NCBI GenBank assembly: GCA_964583985.1
Contig: CAZOYD010000005.1
Span: 24,696-88,695 of the forward strand
Source: an uncultured archaeon
Lineage (GTDB): Archaea; Asgardarchaeota; Lokiarchaeia; Sigyniarchaeales; SOKP01
Length of the DNA: 64,000 bases
Direction: 5' to 3'
The notes under the pieces are model-generated. The model was not told where the DNA came from. It did not search any database and saw only the letters and a list, made by a program, of their open reading frames with translations. Below are positions 30,801 to 39,701 of this stretch, piece by piece; the stretch's first letter is position 1; each line of letters begins with the position of its first letter. The position numbers were made by a program, and so were the translations under genes.

Positions 30801-31348
30801 ATTGCTCAGCCGCTTGTCCTACTGGTGCAATCACAATGAGACATTTTTCAGATGATCAAATTTATCCAATGATAAAAGAAGCTACACGGGGTGAATTCTT
30901 AGACGAACGTCCACGTATCGTAGCTTTTTTATGCAATTGGTGTAGTTACGCTGGTGCTGACACTTGCGGAGTGAGTCGATTCCAGTACCCAACTAACGTT
31001 AGACCTATTCGAGTAATGTGTACAGGTAGAATTCCCAAAAGCTTTATTCTACAAGCATTTTTGGAAGGAGCCGATGGAGTACTTATAGGAGGATGCCATA
31101 TTGGAGATTGTCATTACTTGGAAGGAAATTATGACATGCTGCGACGATTTAATGAAGTTCAAGAACTCCTTGAAAAGGTTGGAATCAATCCAAAACGATA
31201 TCATTTAGAATGGGTTTCTGCAAGTGAAGGAAAAAAGTTCTCACAAGTTGTTACTCAATTTGTGAATCAAGTTAAAGAATTAGGTCCGATTCCTAAAACT
31301 GGCGATAAAATTGAACCCAAAAAAGAAAAAGCAAAGGAGGGAGCATAA
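27863..31348 (+). CDS. hdrA: HdrA-like flavoprotein with two FAD modules, fused C-terminally to MvhD
   Basis: IGAGISG + DKTFPTLDCSIC + inserted 2x[4Fe-4S]; internal RIGVFICRCG HdrA N-domain; second VVGGGVAG module; C-terminal ferredoxin; MvhD FLCNWCSYAGAD, RVMCTGR, GCHIGDCHY. Confidence 0.95.
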   Translation: MPNSNIMVIGAGISGIETSLTLADQGYRVILVEKTSSVGGRMAQLDKTFPTLDCSICILAPKMVESSRHPNIELIPYSEVQEVTGEPGNFEVKILKKAKYVNWDICTGCGACSEKCPMKKIPSEFEEKMGNRTAIYIPFPQAVPRKAVIDAEKCLYLTKGACQLCEKECEAGAINWEMKDEVVGYNVASIVVATGFDLLDPVVLDRYHYGEYSNVITAMQYERLLSASGPTEGELIRPSDKKHVHNVAFISCVGSRNEDLCSYCSKFCCMYQTKEGVVTREHSPDTNVTIFFNDIRVIGKNQEEFIERAKNEYGLIYYRGIPGDIRENTKNHNLFVKHANLDTGDVETSEFDLVVLANAVTPRNDAGKLANILGIEQNEFGFFKTNASTEDLRSTRDGIYVTGSCQSPDDIANSVAKAGAAAALAATHAVPLSAEEREISLPPLIPVKAGDKPRIGVFICRCGVNIAGYMDVPSLVDYAEKLPNVVFSMENKYSCSQLTQDIIKEKIKELNLNRVVVAACTPRTHEPLFQKTIREAGLNEYLFNFVSIRELDSWVHMHDNPRATDKAKDLIRMGVARVAAQKAEYKIKGKVIPEALVVGGGVAGISAAIEIAKKGFKVHLVEKEDRLGGQLNLIYKINFDKIDSKQFLEDLLQEFNGMKNITSYLGSEIVEIKGSIGDFIVKIKNKKDKRDNLNVGVIIIATGAYEYKPIDWYDYGKNKNIMTQLELSEKLKNDELKDGETLVFIHCVGSRQPEGANGVTYCSLICCSESIRHALYVKEKYPNSNIYVLYRDIRVGTYEEPYYWKAREDVNYIRFNEYPVLENKDGKLNIDVKDILTQTDLTISADKIVLSTPLIPYDTKALAEQIKCARDQNGFFLEAHVKLRPVDFATDGIYLAGTCHGPKGIADSISQARGAAAHALIPLISGEVENEPLVSVVDPSLCIACQKCEEVCNFGAIGVNFDNEILVSESNPLLCKGCGDCSAACPTGAITMRHFSDDQIYPMIKEATRGEFLDERPRIVAFLCNWCSYAGADTCGVSRFQYPTNVRPIRVMCTGRIPKSFILQAFLEGADGVLIGGCHIGDCHYLEGNYDMLRRFNEVQELLEKVGINPKRYHLEWVSASEGKKFSQVVTQFVNQVKELGPIPKTGDKIEPKKEKAKEGA

Positions 31349-31351
31349 AAA

Positions 31352-31882
31352 ATGACTCAAATGCTAAAAAAAAATACATCAGATCTAGACACCAATTTTC
31401 GCTATGAAATTAGTGAAAAAGTAGGAGCAAAATCCCTGTTAAAATGTATACAGTGTGGGGTTTGTTCCTCTGGATGTACGGTCACTGAATATGTGGACAT
31501 GCAACCCCATCGAGTCGTTGCCTCATGTCTCTTGGGGTTAAAGGAAGAAGTGCTTTCAAGTCAAGCGATCTGGACTTGCTCTTTATGCCATAGATGTACT
31601 GAAAGATGTCCTAAAAACGTGGATTATTCTTTTATCTTAGCTCTTCTGCGAAATATGGCAGTAAAAAGAGGTACGGTTCCTAAAGAATATTCAGGCACCG
31701 TAGTAACGATCTACAATAATGGATTTGTAGTTCCTTATACTGGTGGATTAAAAGACAACATTGATAGAAGAAGAAATAAAATGGGATTACCCCAGATTGT
31801 ACCACCTAATTTAGAAGAAATTAGATTCATTATTGAAGAAACTGGATTAGGTGAACTAGCAAAAAAAAAGGAGGATGAATAA
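31352..31882 (+). CDS. hdrC: Heterodisulfide reductase subunit C
   Basis: CIQCGVCSSGC, WTCSLCHRCTERCP. Confidence 0.93.
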   Translation: MTQMLKKNTSDLDTNFRYEISEKVGAKSLLKCIQCGVCSSGCTVTEYVDMQPHRVVASCLLGLKEEVLSSQAIWTCSLCHRCTERCPKNVDYSFILALLRNMAVKRGTVPKEYSGTVVTIYNNGFVVPYTGGLKDNIDRRRNKMGLPQIVPPNLEEIRFIIEETGLGELAKKKEDE

Positions 31883-31884
31883 AT

Positions 31885-32772
31885 ATGGAGAAATCATATG
31901 CCTTTTTTCCAGGATGTAGCATACCCTTGAAATCACCTCATTTAGAGAAAGCATTTCGGGATGTTGCAAGAATTTTAGGCTTAAAATTGACAGAAATGGA
32001 AGGTGTGAGTTGCTGTCCAGAACCAGTATCATTACAATCTCTGAACATGGATACGTGGGTGGCATTAGGAGCAAGAAATCTTGCGATTGCAGAAAAAATG
32101 GGTATGGACATTCTAACGATTTGTTCTGGTTGTTTTGAAACCTTGAAAACTGTTAGTGTTCTCTTAGCTGAAGACAAGGAATATCTTAAAAAAATAAATC
32201 AAATCTTGAAAAAAATCAATTATTCGTATTCTGGTAAAGTAAAAGTATATCATTTTGTCGAAATATTTAGTCAACCTGAATGGTTAGACAAAATAAAGAG
32301 TTCAATAGTGAGACCATTAGATGATATGATCATTGCCGTACATTACGGTTGCCATTTGATTCGACCAAGTAAAATAATGCAATTTGATCACCCAGAGAAA
32401 CCTGAAAAAATCGATATAATCCTTCAAACTTTAGGAGCAAGAACCATTGAATATGCTAATAAATTAGAATGTTGTGGCTTTTGTGCCCGTTTACAAGAGG
32501 AAATTGGTGATAAATTAGTAGAAGACAAAATGACAGAACTATGCGGACTTGAAGAAGAAGTCGACACTTTAATAGCAGTGTGTCCGGCTTGTACAACCCA
32601 ATATGATCGGAAAGAGAAACTTGCGGCTCGTAAAACTGGTAAAACATTAGATATTCCCGTACTATATTTAGCGGAAATAATGGCAATAGCATTAGGTGTA
32701 AATTTAGAAGATCTTAGTTTGAATAATAGATCTGTCAAACCAAATAAGTTAATTGAAAAATTAACAACCTAA
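31885..32772 (+). CDS. hdrB: Heterodisulfide reductase subunit B (two CCG domains)
   Basis: FPGC, SCCP, CSGC, HYGCH, ECCG, CPAC. Confidence 0.95.
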   Translation: MEKSYAFFPGCSIPLKSPHLEKAFRDVARILGLKLTEMEGVSCCPEPVSLQSLNMDTWVALGARNLAIAEKMGMDILTICSGCFETLKTVSVLLAEDKEYLKKINQILKKINYSYSGKVKVYHFVEIFSQPEWLDKIKSSIVRPLDDMIIAVHYGCHLIRPSKIMQFDHPEKPEKIDIILQTLGARTIEYANKLECCGFCARLQEEIGDKLVEDKMTELCGLEEEVDTLIAVCPACTTQYDRKEKLAARKTGKTLDIPVLYLAEIMAIALGVNLEDLSLNNRSVKPNKLIEKLTT

Positions 32773-32852
32773 ATATGAGATTTTTTCTCTCAAATAATTT
32801 AAAATTAAATTTAAGAAAAAAGTGAGAATTAGTAATTTGGAGATAAACGAAA

Positions 32853-33548
32853 ATGATTATTACCGAATTAAAAGATATTGTAGAAATTTATGATATGGTA
32901 AAAGATTACAAAAAAATATTAATCGCAGGATGCGATGGTTGCTGTCAACCTCCAAGATCTCTCAATGAAGCAAAATTTCTTGGGCAAATGTTAGAATTAA
33001 AAGCACGTACCGAAGGAAAGGATCTTACTTGGAAAGCTGTAACTGTTTTAAGACAATGTGATGACAGAATTGCATCTACTACCATCCGACCATTTGTAGA
33101 AGATTATGAAGCTATAGTTAGTTTATCATGTGGTCTTGGAGTTGTAATGTTAAATAAAGTATTTCCAAAGATTTTAACATTTCCCGCTCAGAATAGCATG
33201 TTTGGTGGAGTACAAAATAATGGTGAGAATAGTTTCATTGAATATTGTGAAGAATGTGGCGAATGCATTATTGGAGAAACAGGTGGCGTATGTCCGCGTG
33301 CCGGATGTGCGAAACATCTGAGTAATGGTCCCTGTGGTGGTATGGTTGACGGGATGTGTGAAGTTGGAGGATATACAATTCCATGTGCGTGGGTTCGTAT
33401 TTGGGAAAGATTAAAGGAGTTCAATAGGCTCGATCTATTTAAAAAATATAGACCGCCACGAGACTATCGAAAATCTACCAGTCCCAGCTATTTAACTATT
33501 TATAAAGATTATACAAATGAAGAAGTCAAAGAGGAGGCGAAAGAATAA
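32853..33548 (+). CDS. metV: MetV (Zn/Fe-S subunit of methylene-THF reductase, MTHFR_C)
   Basis: GCDGCC, RQCD, SCGLG, CEECGEC, GGVCP, CAKHLSNGPCGG, CEV, CAW. Confidence 0.92.
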   Translation: MIITELKDIVEIYDMVKDYKKILIAGCDGCCQPPRSLNEAKFLGQMLELKARTEGKDLTWKAVTVLRQCDDRIASTTIRPFVEDYEAIVSLSCGLGVVMLNKVFPKILTFPAQNSMFGGVQNNGENSFIEYCEECGECIIGETGGVCPRAGCAKHLSNGPCGGMVDGMCEVGGYTIPCAWVRIWERLKEFNRLDLFKKYRPPRDYRKSTSPSYLTIYKDYTNEEVKEEAKE

Positions 33549-34502
33549 ATGGCAAGAAGACCAGCTTATAGTAATTTATGTAAAGCAATTGAAGCAGGAC
33601 ATTTTGTGTTTACTGGTGAACTTGAACCTAAAAAAATCTTGGATCTTAGCGAGATTATCTATTCTGCAAAAGAAATGAAAAAAACTGGAAGAATAGTAGC
33701 AGCTAACGTCACCGATGGTCCACAAGGCGATGCTTACATGTCATCATTAGTTCCAAGCTATAAAATTCAAGAAGAAGCAGGTATTGAGGCAGTTTGGCAA
33801 GTAACTATTCGTGACCGAAATCGGGTTGCTCTTTTTGGAGACGTAGTGGCAGGAGCTGTCTTAGGATTGAAGAATATTTTAACACTTACAGGAGATCATA
33901 CTGCTCTTGGAGATCATAAACGTGCTCGACCTGTCTATGATATTGATAGTACTCAATTTGCAGAAATGCTTTCAATGATGATAGATGAAGGAACTGACTA
34001 TGAAGGAAATGAAATCCAAGGGGGCAAGATAGAAATGAATTTTGGCTGTGTTGCTAACCCTAATAGTAACCCGCGGGAACCTGAAATTTTAAAAGTTGGA
34101 CGAAAAGTCGAACAAGGGGTCGATTTTATTCAAACCCAGACCGCATTTGATATTGATCAAGCGAAAGAGTTTCTCAAAGAATTAGAACAATTTAATGTTC
34201 CAGTACTACTCGGAGTATTTCCACTAAAATCTTACGGTATAGCATGGTATTTTGATGCTAATATACCTGGAGTGAGTGTTCCAAAAGATCTTCTCAAAGC
34301 ACTTAAAAAAGCAGAGAAAGATAACAAGGGTAATAAACAGGGTAAATATGATGCATTGGATAAGATTAATATTGAATTTTTCGCCCCATTTATCAGAGAA
34401 ATCAAAAAAACAACGAAAGCTGCTGGCATACATTGCATGGCTGTTGAATATGAAAGACTCTTTGACCCATTATTGAAAGAATATCCGAAATACGTAAATT
34501 AA
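33549..34502 (+). CDS. metF: Methylenetetrahydrofolate reductase MetF (MetV-associated type)
   Basis: TGELEP, ANVTD, QVTIRDRNR, LTGDH, FIQTQ, GIHCM. Confidence 0.93.
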   Translation: MARRPAYSNLCKAIEAGHFVFTGELEPKKILDLSEIIYSAKEMKKTGRIVAANVTDGPQGDAYMSSLVPSYKIQEEAGIEAVWQVTIRDRNRVALFGDVVAGAVLGLKNILTLTGDHTALGDHKRARPVYDIDSTQFAEMLSMMIDEGTDYEGNEIQGGKIEMNFGCVANPNSNPREPEILKVGRKVEQGVDFIQTQTAFDIDQAKEFLKELEQFNVPVLLGVFPLKSYGIAWYFDANIPGVSVPKDLLKALKKAEKDNKGNKQGKYDALDKINIEFFAPFIREIKKTTKAAGIHCMAVEYERLFDPLLKEYPKYVN

Positions 34503-34585
34503 CCAAAAATCAGAAATAATGTATTTTTTATTTAAAATTTAAATTTTTTTTATATATTTGTAAGAAAAACGGTAGGTAGAAAAAA

Positions 34586-35032
34586 ATGAAAAATATGGAT
34601 GAGAAAGATAAAAGAATATTAGAAATGCTTATAGAAGATTCTAGAAGACCATATCGTGAAGTTGCAGACGACGTTGGCTTATCTGAATCAACTGTAAGAA
34701 AACGAGTTTTAAAACTCCAAGAGGAAGGAGTAATCGAGAAATTTACAATAAAAATCTGCCGTGAAGAAGAAAGATGTATTATCGCTTTCCTTACCTTAAT
34801 TCCAAGAAATGAGTCTGAAATGAAAGATTTATTGCGTGAAACGCAAATTATTCCTCAGTGTGAGGAAGTATACTTTCTTGCAGGTCAATGTGGAGTATTA
34901 GTGAAGGTTAATATCCCGGAAATAACGGAACTGGACGCTTTAATAGAAAATTTCAGGGGAAGAAGCGATGTAAAAAGTGTTGAAAGGGTATGCGTGGTAT
35001 TAAAACCTATTAAGACAAAGTTAAAAGATTAA
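34586..35032 (+). CDS. Lrp/AsnC-family transcriptional regulator
   Basis: MDEKDKRILEMLIEDSRRPYREVA...SESTVRKRV. Confidence 0.92.
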   Translation: MKNMDEKDKRILEMLIEDSRRPYREVADDVGLSESTVRKRVLKLQEEGVIEKFTIKICREEERCIIAFLTLIPRNESEMKDLLRETQIIPQCEEVYFLAGQCGVLVKVNIPEITELDALIENFRGRSDVKSVERVCVVLKPIKTKLKD

Positions 35033-35174
35033 CCTCACAATTTTCGGAACAAATTTTCGAGATTTTAGATATTCGGTACTGGTTTTATGATGAAAAGTCA
35101 AGTTTTTATATCGATTTAAATTTTATAATTCTATTCAAGATTATTATGCTAACTTAATTAATGGGCTTAAAATA

Positions 35175-36149
35175 ATGGAAACTGCTATTAGACTTGAAAA
35201 TGTCGTAAAAATCTTTTACAATAAAAAGAATAAAAAGTTTCCCGAACAGAAGAGAGAAATCTTTGCTTTAGGAGGAGTCTCTTTTGAAGTCAATAAGGGA
35301 GAAATTTTTGGGTTGTTGGGGCCAAACGGTGCTGGAAAAACTACGACCATAAGATGTATTGCAGGTATCCTTCAATTAAATTCGGGCAAAATTTACATAA
35401 ATAATCAAGAGTTAAATAGATCTACAGCGCATAAATTTCGAAAAAATTTAGGATTTCTGACAGAAAATCATGGAAACTATGAAAATTTAACCCTTCATGA
35501 TAATCTCCAATTTTTTGGTAGTTTTTATACTTTAGATAATCTTGAAGAAAGAATTGATGCTACTTTGAAGCAAATGGGATTGCTTGAACGGAAAGATATG
35601 AAGGCTGGTAAACTTTCTAAAGGACAAAAACAAAGATTAGCTATCGCTCGAACTATCCTTCATGATCCTGAAATCTTATTTTTTGACGAGCCTACAGCAG
35701 GATTAGACCCTTCAGCATCGGTTCATGTGAGAAATCTCATATTAGAATTAAAACGAGAGGATCGAACGATATTCATTAATAGTCATAATTTAGAAGAGGT
35801 GCAAAAGGTTTGCGATCGAGTAGCTATTTTGGATTTGGGAAAGATTAAGAGAATTGGGGAACCTAGCGAGTTAGGTAAGGATTTATGGGACACTCAAGAA
35901 CTAAAGTGTTCATTAAAGGATCCAATCTCCTCTGAAATTAGTGCAACATTATCCAAATTAGATTACATAAAAAGATATAAGATTGAAGATAAAAATATAA
36001 TCATGTACTCTGATAATATAGATGAAGTAACTCCAAGGATCGTCAAAGAATTAGTAAGATTGGATGCTAACATATTAGAAGTGAGAAGAACCGTGCATTC
36101 TCTTGAGGACATTTATCTAAAACTAATGGGGGAAGAACAACCAAGGTGA
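35175..36149 (+). CDS. ABC-2 exporter ATP-binding protein
   Basis: GPNGAGKTT, LSKGQKQR, FFDEPT, SH. Confidence 0.95.
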   Translation: METAIRLENVVKIFYNKKNKKFPEQKREIFALGGVSFEVNKGEIFGLLGPNGAGKTTTIRCIAGILQLNSGKIYINNQELNRSTAHKFRKNLGFLTENHGNYENLTLHDNLQFFGSFYTLDNLEERIDATLKQMGLLERKDMKAGKLSKGQKQRLAIARTILHDPEILFFDEPTAGLDPSASVHVRNLILELKREDRTIFINSHNLEEVQKVCDRVAILDLGKIKRIGEPSELGKDLWDTQELKCSLKDPISSEISATLSKLDYIKRYKIEDKNIIMYSDNIDEVTPRIVKELVRLDANILEVRRTVHSLEDIYLKLMGEEQPR

Positions 36150-36967
36150 ACGTGTTGGATTATAAAAATAGTATAAGGATATTCAAGAAAGATTGGAAGA
36201 CTTCTGTCAGACGTAAGGAAATTCTGGCTATAATGAGCATTTTTCCGGTGATTTTTACAATTCTTCTTCCTATTGTAATGTTAATTGGAATAATAGTAGA
36301 CCCAAATGCTTTTTTAAGCTCGTTTGGTGACCCTACTTTATTGAGAACCATTTTACAAATCCCTCCTCATTATAATGACGCGTTAGCTGGGGCTATTGTG
36401 GTAATTAGAATGATTGTATTACCATTGTTTCTATTTATACCCGGAATGATGCCAATAGTTATCTCATCCGATTCTTTTGCTGGGGAAAAAGAAAGAAAAA
36501 CAATGGAAGGAGTACTCCTTTTACCCATAACCAAGACAGAATTAATACTTGGAAAAGTCTTAGCATCGTTCATACCATCAATGGTTATTTCCTTAGTATG
36601 TTTTTTAACCCTAGGAGTAATCGTCAATATGATGCTATTATCATATTTAGATGGTATAATTCTGTTTTTCTCTGATATCCCAATTATGCTAGTAGGATTC
36701 ATCTTGGCTCCTTTTTGGGCTCTGTTAAACATTCAAATTAGCGTTATAATTAGTTCTCGAGCTAAAGATATGAAAAGTGCTCAAAGTATCAGTGGAGCTT
36801 TGGTTACACCCGTGTTAGGAATAATGTTAGTTCAAATCTTTAATCCTGCGTTTTTAACAATCAGTACTGTTTTATTATTCACAGGTTTCATAGTATCATT
36901 ATGGCTACTCTTTATCTATCTCAGTAATAAGTTATTAGATCCTGAAAAATTGATTTTAATGCTATAA
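36146..36967 (+). CDS. ABC-2 exporter permease
   Basis: Six TM segments, SDSFAGEKERKTME, GKVL; 4-nt overlap with the ATPase gene. Confidence 0.92.
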   Translation: MNVLDYKNSIRIFKKDWKTSVRRKEILAIMSIFPVIFTILLPIVMLIGIIVDPNAFLSSFGDPTLLRTILQIPPHYNDALAGAIVVIRMIVLPLFLFIPGMMPIVISSDSFAGEKERKTMEGVLLLPITKTELILGKVLASFIPSMVISLVCFLTLGVIVNMMLLSYLDGIILFFSDIPIMLVGFILAPFWALLNIQISVIISSRAKDMKSAQSISGALVTPVLGIMLVQIFNPAFLTISTVLLFTGFIVSLWLLFIYLSNKLLDPEKLILML

Positions 36968-37025
36968 TCATTTATTATCTTATTTCCGTTGACTATTTGT
37001 TTATTATCAAACAATATTTAGAAAA

Positions 37026-38051
37026 TCAAATCTGATGGAAATAATATTTACCATTTCTCTCTATTCTTTCCACTTTTCCAAGATGTTCCAAATAGATTAA
37101 ATGTCCGAGTACTTCACTCATTGCCATGTATGAATTAATCTCATCTAATTCAGTTCCAAAATGAATTTGAGAGATGTTAAAAGGCGTGAGTGATTTATCT
37201 TGTAGAATAGCTAAAATTTCAGTCAGGCGATTCTCATGATGCTCTTTAATTTCTTGAATTCTTTTATGGGGGTCATAGATTATATCTTGATGAGCGGGAA
37301 AAATTACCTTTGGATTTAAATTCTCTATTTTTTCCAAGGATTTTAGGTAATGATCAAGGATATTATCAAAATGATGATCTTCAAATTCATTTCTGAGAGC
37401 TGAACTTATAACAAAATTGCCAATGTGAGGAGTTATCCTAGATAAGATATGATCTCCAGAAAATAAATACCCATTCCTTTTATTGAAAATGCAAATGTGG
37501 TCAAAACTATGACCTGGAGTCCATATTATCTTTAAATCATTTAATATCATATCTCCATCGTGAATCAATTGATCTGGTTTTTGATACTGTATTGATTTAG
37601 GCCATAAGGTAAGAAATTCAACCACGCGTTTACCTTGCTCTTCTGAAATTCCATATTTTACCATCAAATTAGCAACTTTTATCGCTTCTTCCTGGTATTC
37701 ATCTGCTTTGGACTCATCTGTTTCCCATCTTAAAATTCGATGAGTAATGTCATGCATTATAAGTTTTAAATCTGGATTTTTTCTTTTCAATTTTCTGATC
37801 AATCCGATATGATCGGTATGGATGTGAGTGATGATACAATAATCAACATCAGAGATGCTATAACCTTGCTCTTCCAAGGTGGAAAAAAATACCTTACCCC
37901 AATTTCCCATATTCAAACCGGAATCAATAAGCACCGTTTTTCTATTCACGTCAAATAAATAAGTACAAACGAATCTAACAGCGAATGGAACATCTATTTT
38001 GATCCTTACAATCTCATTTATTTTTGAGATTTCTGACTTGAATTTTAACAA
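37026..38051 (-). CDS. Metallo-beta-lactamase fold hydrolase with C-terminal winged helix
   Basis: THIHTDHIG, TPGHS, FSGDH, FPAH; TTG start. Confidence 0.92.
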   Translation of the reverse strand: MLKFKSEISKINEIVRIKIDVPFAVRFVCTYLFDVNRKTVLIDSGLNMGNWGKVFFSTLEEQGYSISDVDYCIITHIHTDHIGLIRKLKRKNPDLKLIMHDITHRILRWETDESKADEYQEEAIKVANLMVKYGISEEQGKRVVEFLTLWPKSIQYQKPDQLIHDGDMILNDLKIIWTPGHSFDHICIFNKRNGYLFSGDHILSRITPHIGNFVISSALRNEFEDHHFDNILDHYLKSLEKIENLNPKVIFPAHQDIIYDPHKRIQEIKEHHENRLTEILAILQDKSLTPFNISQIHFGTELDEINSYMAMSEVLGHLIYLEHLGKVERIERNGKYYFHQI

Positions 38052-38104
38052 ATTATTAACGTTATGTTATTTTATTCGATAGTTAGGAAAAAAATGAAAG
38101 AGAT

Positions 38105-38809
38105 TTAATCTTTAAGGCCATAATACATAAACCAAAAACTAATTAGATAACCAATCCTTACGAAAATAACCATCAATCCTGGAGCTGTTAATCCTTCTAG
38201 TAATCCAAAAACGCAGAAAAAGATTGCACCCAACGAAAGCAAGAATAATTTTTTTTTCACTACTCCTGTTGATTGAAAAGCTTTTATTAAAAAGCCAAAT
38301 CCAAGTAATATAATTACACTGAGTAGAAATATAGCCATAAGGATTCCTGCTATAGAAATAATAATTACATTATAATCAATTAAGAGCTCTCCTGGGATTA
38401 CGGGATAATCAAAGTTAAATGCAGCAAATGGGTCCATAAAGATGACTATATAAAAAAATATACTTAATACTGCAAACAATGAGATTATAACCCATTTTAA
38501 TTTAGGTACCAACAATTTTGAGCCAATATATATCGCAGTAATAATTGCTGGTGCTAACCAAATATAACTTAAGATTCCAACTAATCCATTAGTATTATCT
38601 ATGTTAATTCCTGAAATGAGCACAGTTAAAAAATCTAAAAATACACCTAAAAACGCTAAACCTGCAAACAGATTTGCTAAACCTAAAGCAATTAGGATTT
38701 TAGCATTTGTTTTTTTAGATTTGTACATGAAAAAAAATCCAAATATGATTCCAAAAATTACCACTCCAGATGCCGTAAGACCATCTATCCATCCGATTAA
38801 ACTAAGCAT
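38105..38809 (-). CDS. Stand-alone seven-TM membrane protein
   Basis: Seven hydrophobic segments with basic cytoplasmic loops (KSKKTNAK, VKKK). Confidence 0.8.
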   Translation of the reverse strand: MLSLIGWIDGLTASGVVIFGIIFGFFFMYKSKKTNAKILIALGLANLFAGLAFLGVFLDFLTVLISGINIDNTNGLVGILSYIWLAPAIITAIYIGSKLLVPKLKWVIISLFAVLSIFFYIVIFMDPFAAFNFDYPVIPGELLIDYNVIIISIAGILMAIFLLSVIILLGFGFLIKAFQSTGVVKKKLFLLSLGAIFFCVFGLLEGLTAPGLMVIFVRIGYLISFWFMYYGLKD

Positions 38810-38921
38810 TTTTAATTTTTACCCCAAAAATTGATACTAAAGTCTAATTTAACAGAAATATAAAAAATACCAAATATAAATGTTTACACAAAATAAGAAG
38901 GAGGAAAAAAAAATAATTCTG

Positions 38922-39701
38922 TTATTGTCTTGTTTTTTTCTGAAAAATTAAAATTCCGATTAATATAAAACCAATTGTAAAAGCAAGAGTGATTAGAACT
39001 CCACCCCATAACGGAATTGCCGTTAATTCTGCCGTAACACCAATCATTGAACTGCTATAAAGATTATCAAACAAACCATTACCTAAAACAGTAACTTGCA
39101 GAAATATTTGCTTTGCCCAAAAGGGAGGCGTGAAAAAGACAATTGGACTTTCAAATGGGAATAATGCACCAGAAAGAAACATCATTGGTAAGTAGTAGAA
39201 TAAAGCTATTGCGTTAGCTATATCTGGAGTTTTTGAGATGCTTGCAATTATTATTCCAATCCCTACCGAAGAAATGCCGAACAAAAGTGCAACTAAAAAT
39301 CCTATTAATAGTTCAAGGATACCTATGACGGGAATTTGTAGAATTATATACCCCAGTATGAAAATAATAACGATTTGTAGTGCATTTACTATAGTCTCTG
39401 ACAATAGGGCTCCAAGGAAGATGTTTTGTCTTCCAGTAGGCATTGTATCTAAACGTTCGAGCATTCCAGAAGTCTTGTTTACTGAAAATGCTATTGCAGC
39501 ACTTGGAGTTCCTGCTGCTGTGGTGTAAATCACCATTCCTGGAAAGCTGTATTTAAAAATATCTGCTCCTAAGAAGAAATAAAATAATAAAGTAAACATT
39601 ATCGGAAATCCAAGAGAAAAAAATAGATATTGCCACTGTCTTATCTTATATTTCAAGTTCATTATGCAAATGATTATTGCTTTATTTTCGGTTAATATCA
39701 T
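38922..39701 (-). CDS. ABC-2 exporter permease
   Basis: FPIMF, GMLERLDTMP, MFLSGALFP. Confidence 0.9.
   Translation of the reverse strand: MILTENKAIIICIMNLKYKIRQWQYLFFSLGFPIMFTLLFYFFLGADIFKYSFPGMVIYTTAAGTPSAAIAFSVNKTSGMLERLDTMPTGRQNIFLGALLSETIVNALQIVIIFILGYIILQIPVIGILELLIGFLVALLFGISSVGIGIIIASISKTPDIANAIALFYYLPMMFLSGALFPFESPIVFFTPPFWAKQIFLQVTVLGNGLFDNLYSSSMIGVTAELTAIPLWGGVLITLAFTIGFILIGILIFQKKTRQ

Noticed and set aside
27863-31348. Selenocysteine in HdrA/MvhD (known selenoprotein families in Lokiarchaeia)
   Set aside because: The frame is open with no internal TGA; all relevant positions are Cys
38105-38809. Rhodopsin (schizo- or heliorhodopsin)
   Set aside because: No retinal-binding Lys in TM7
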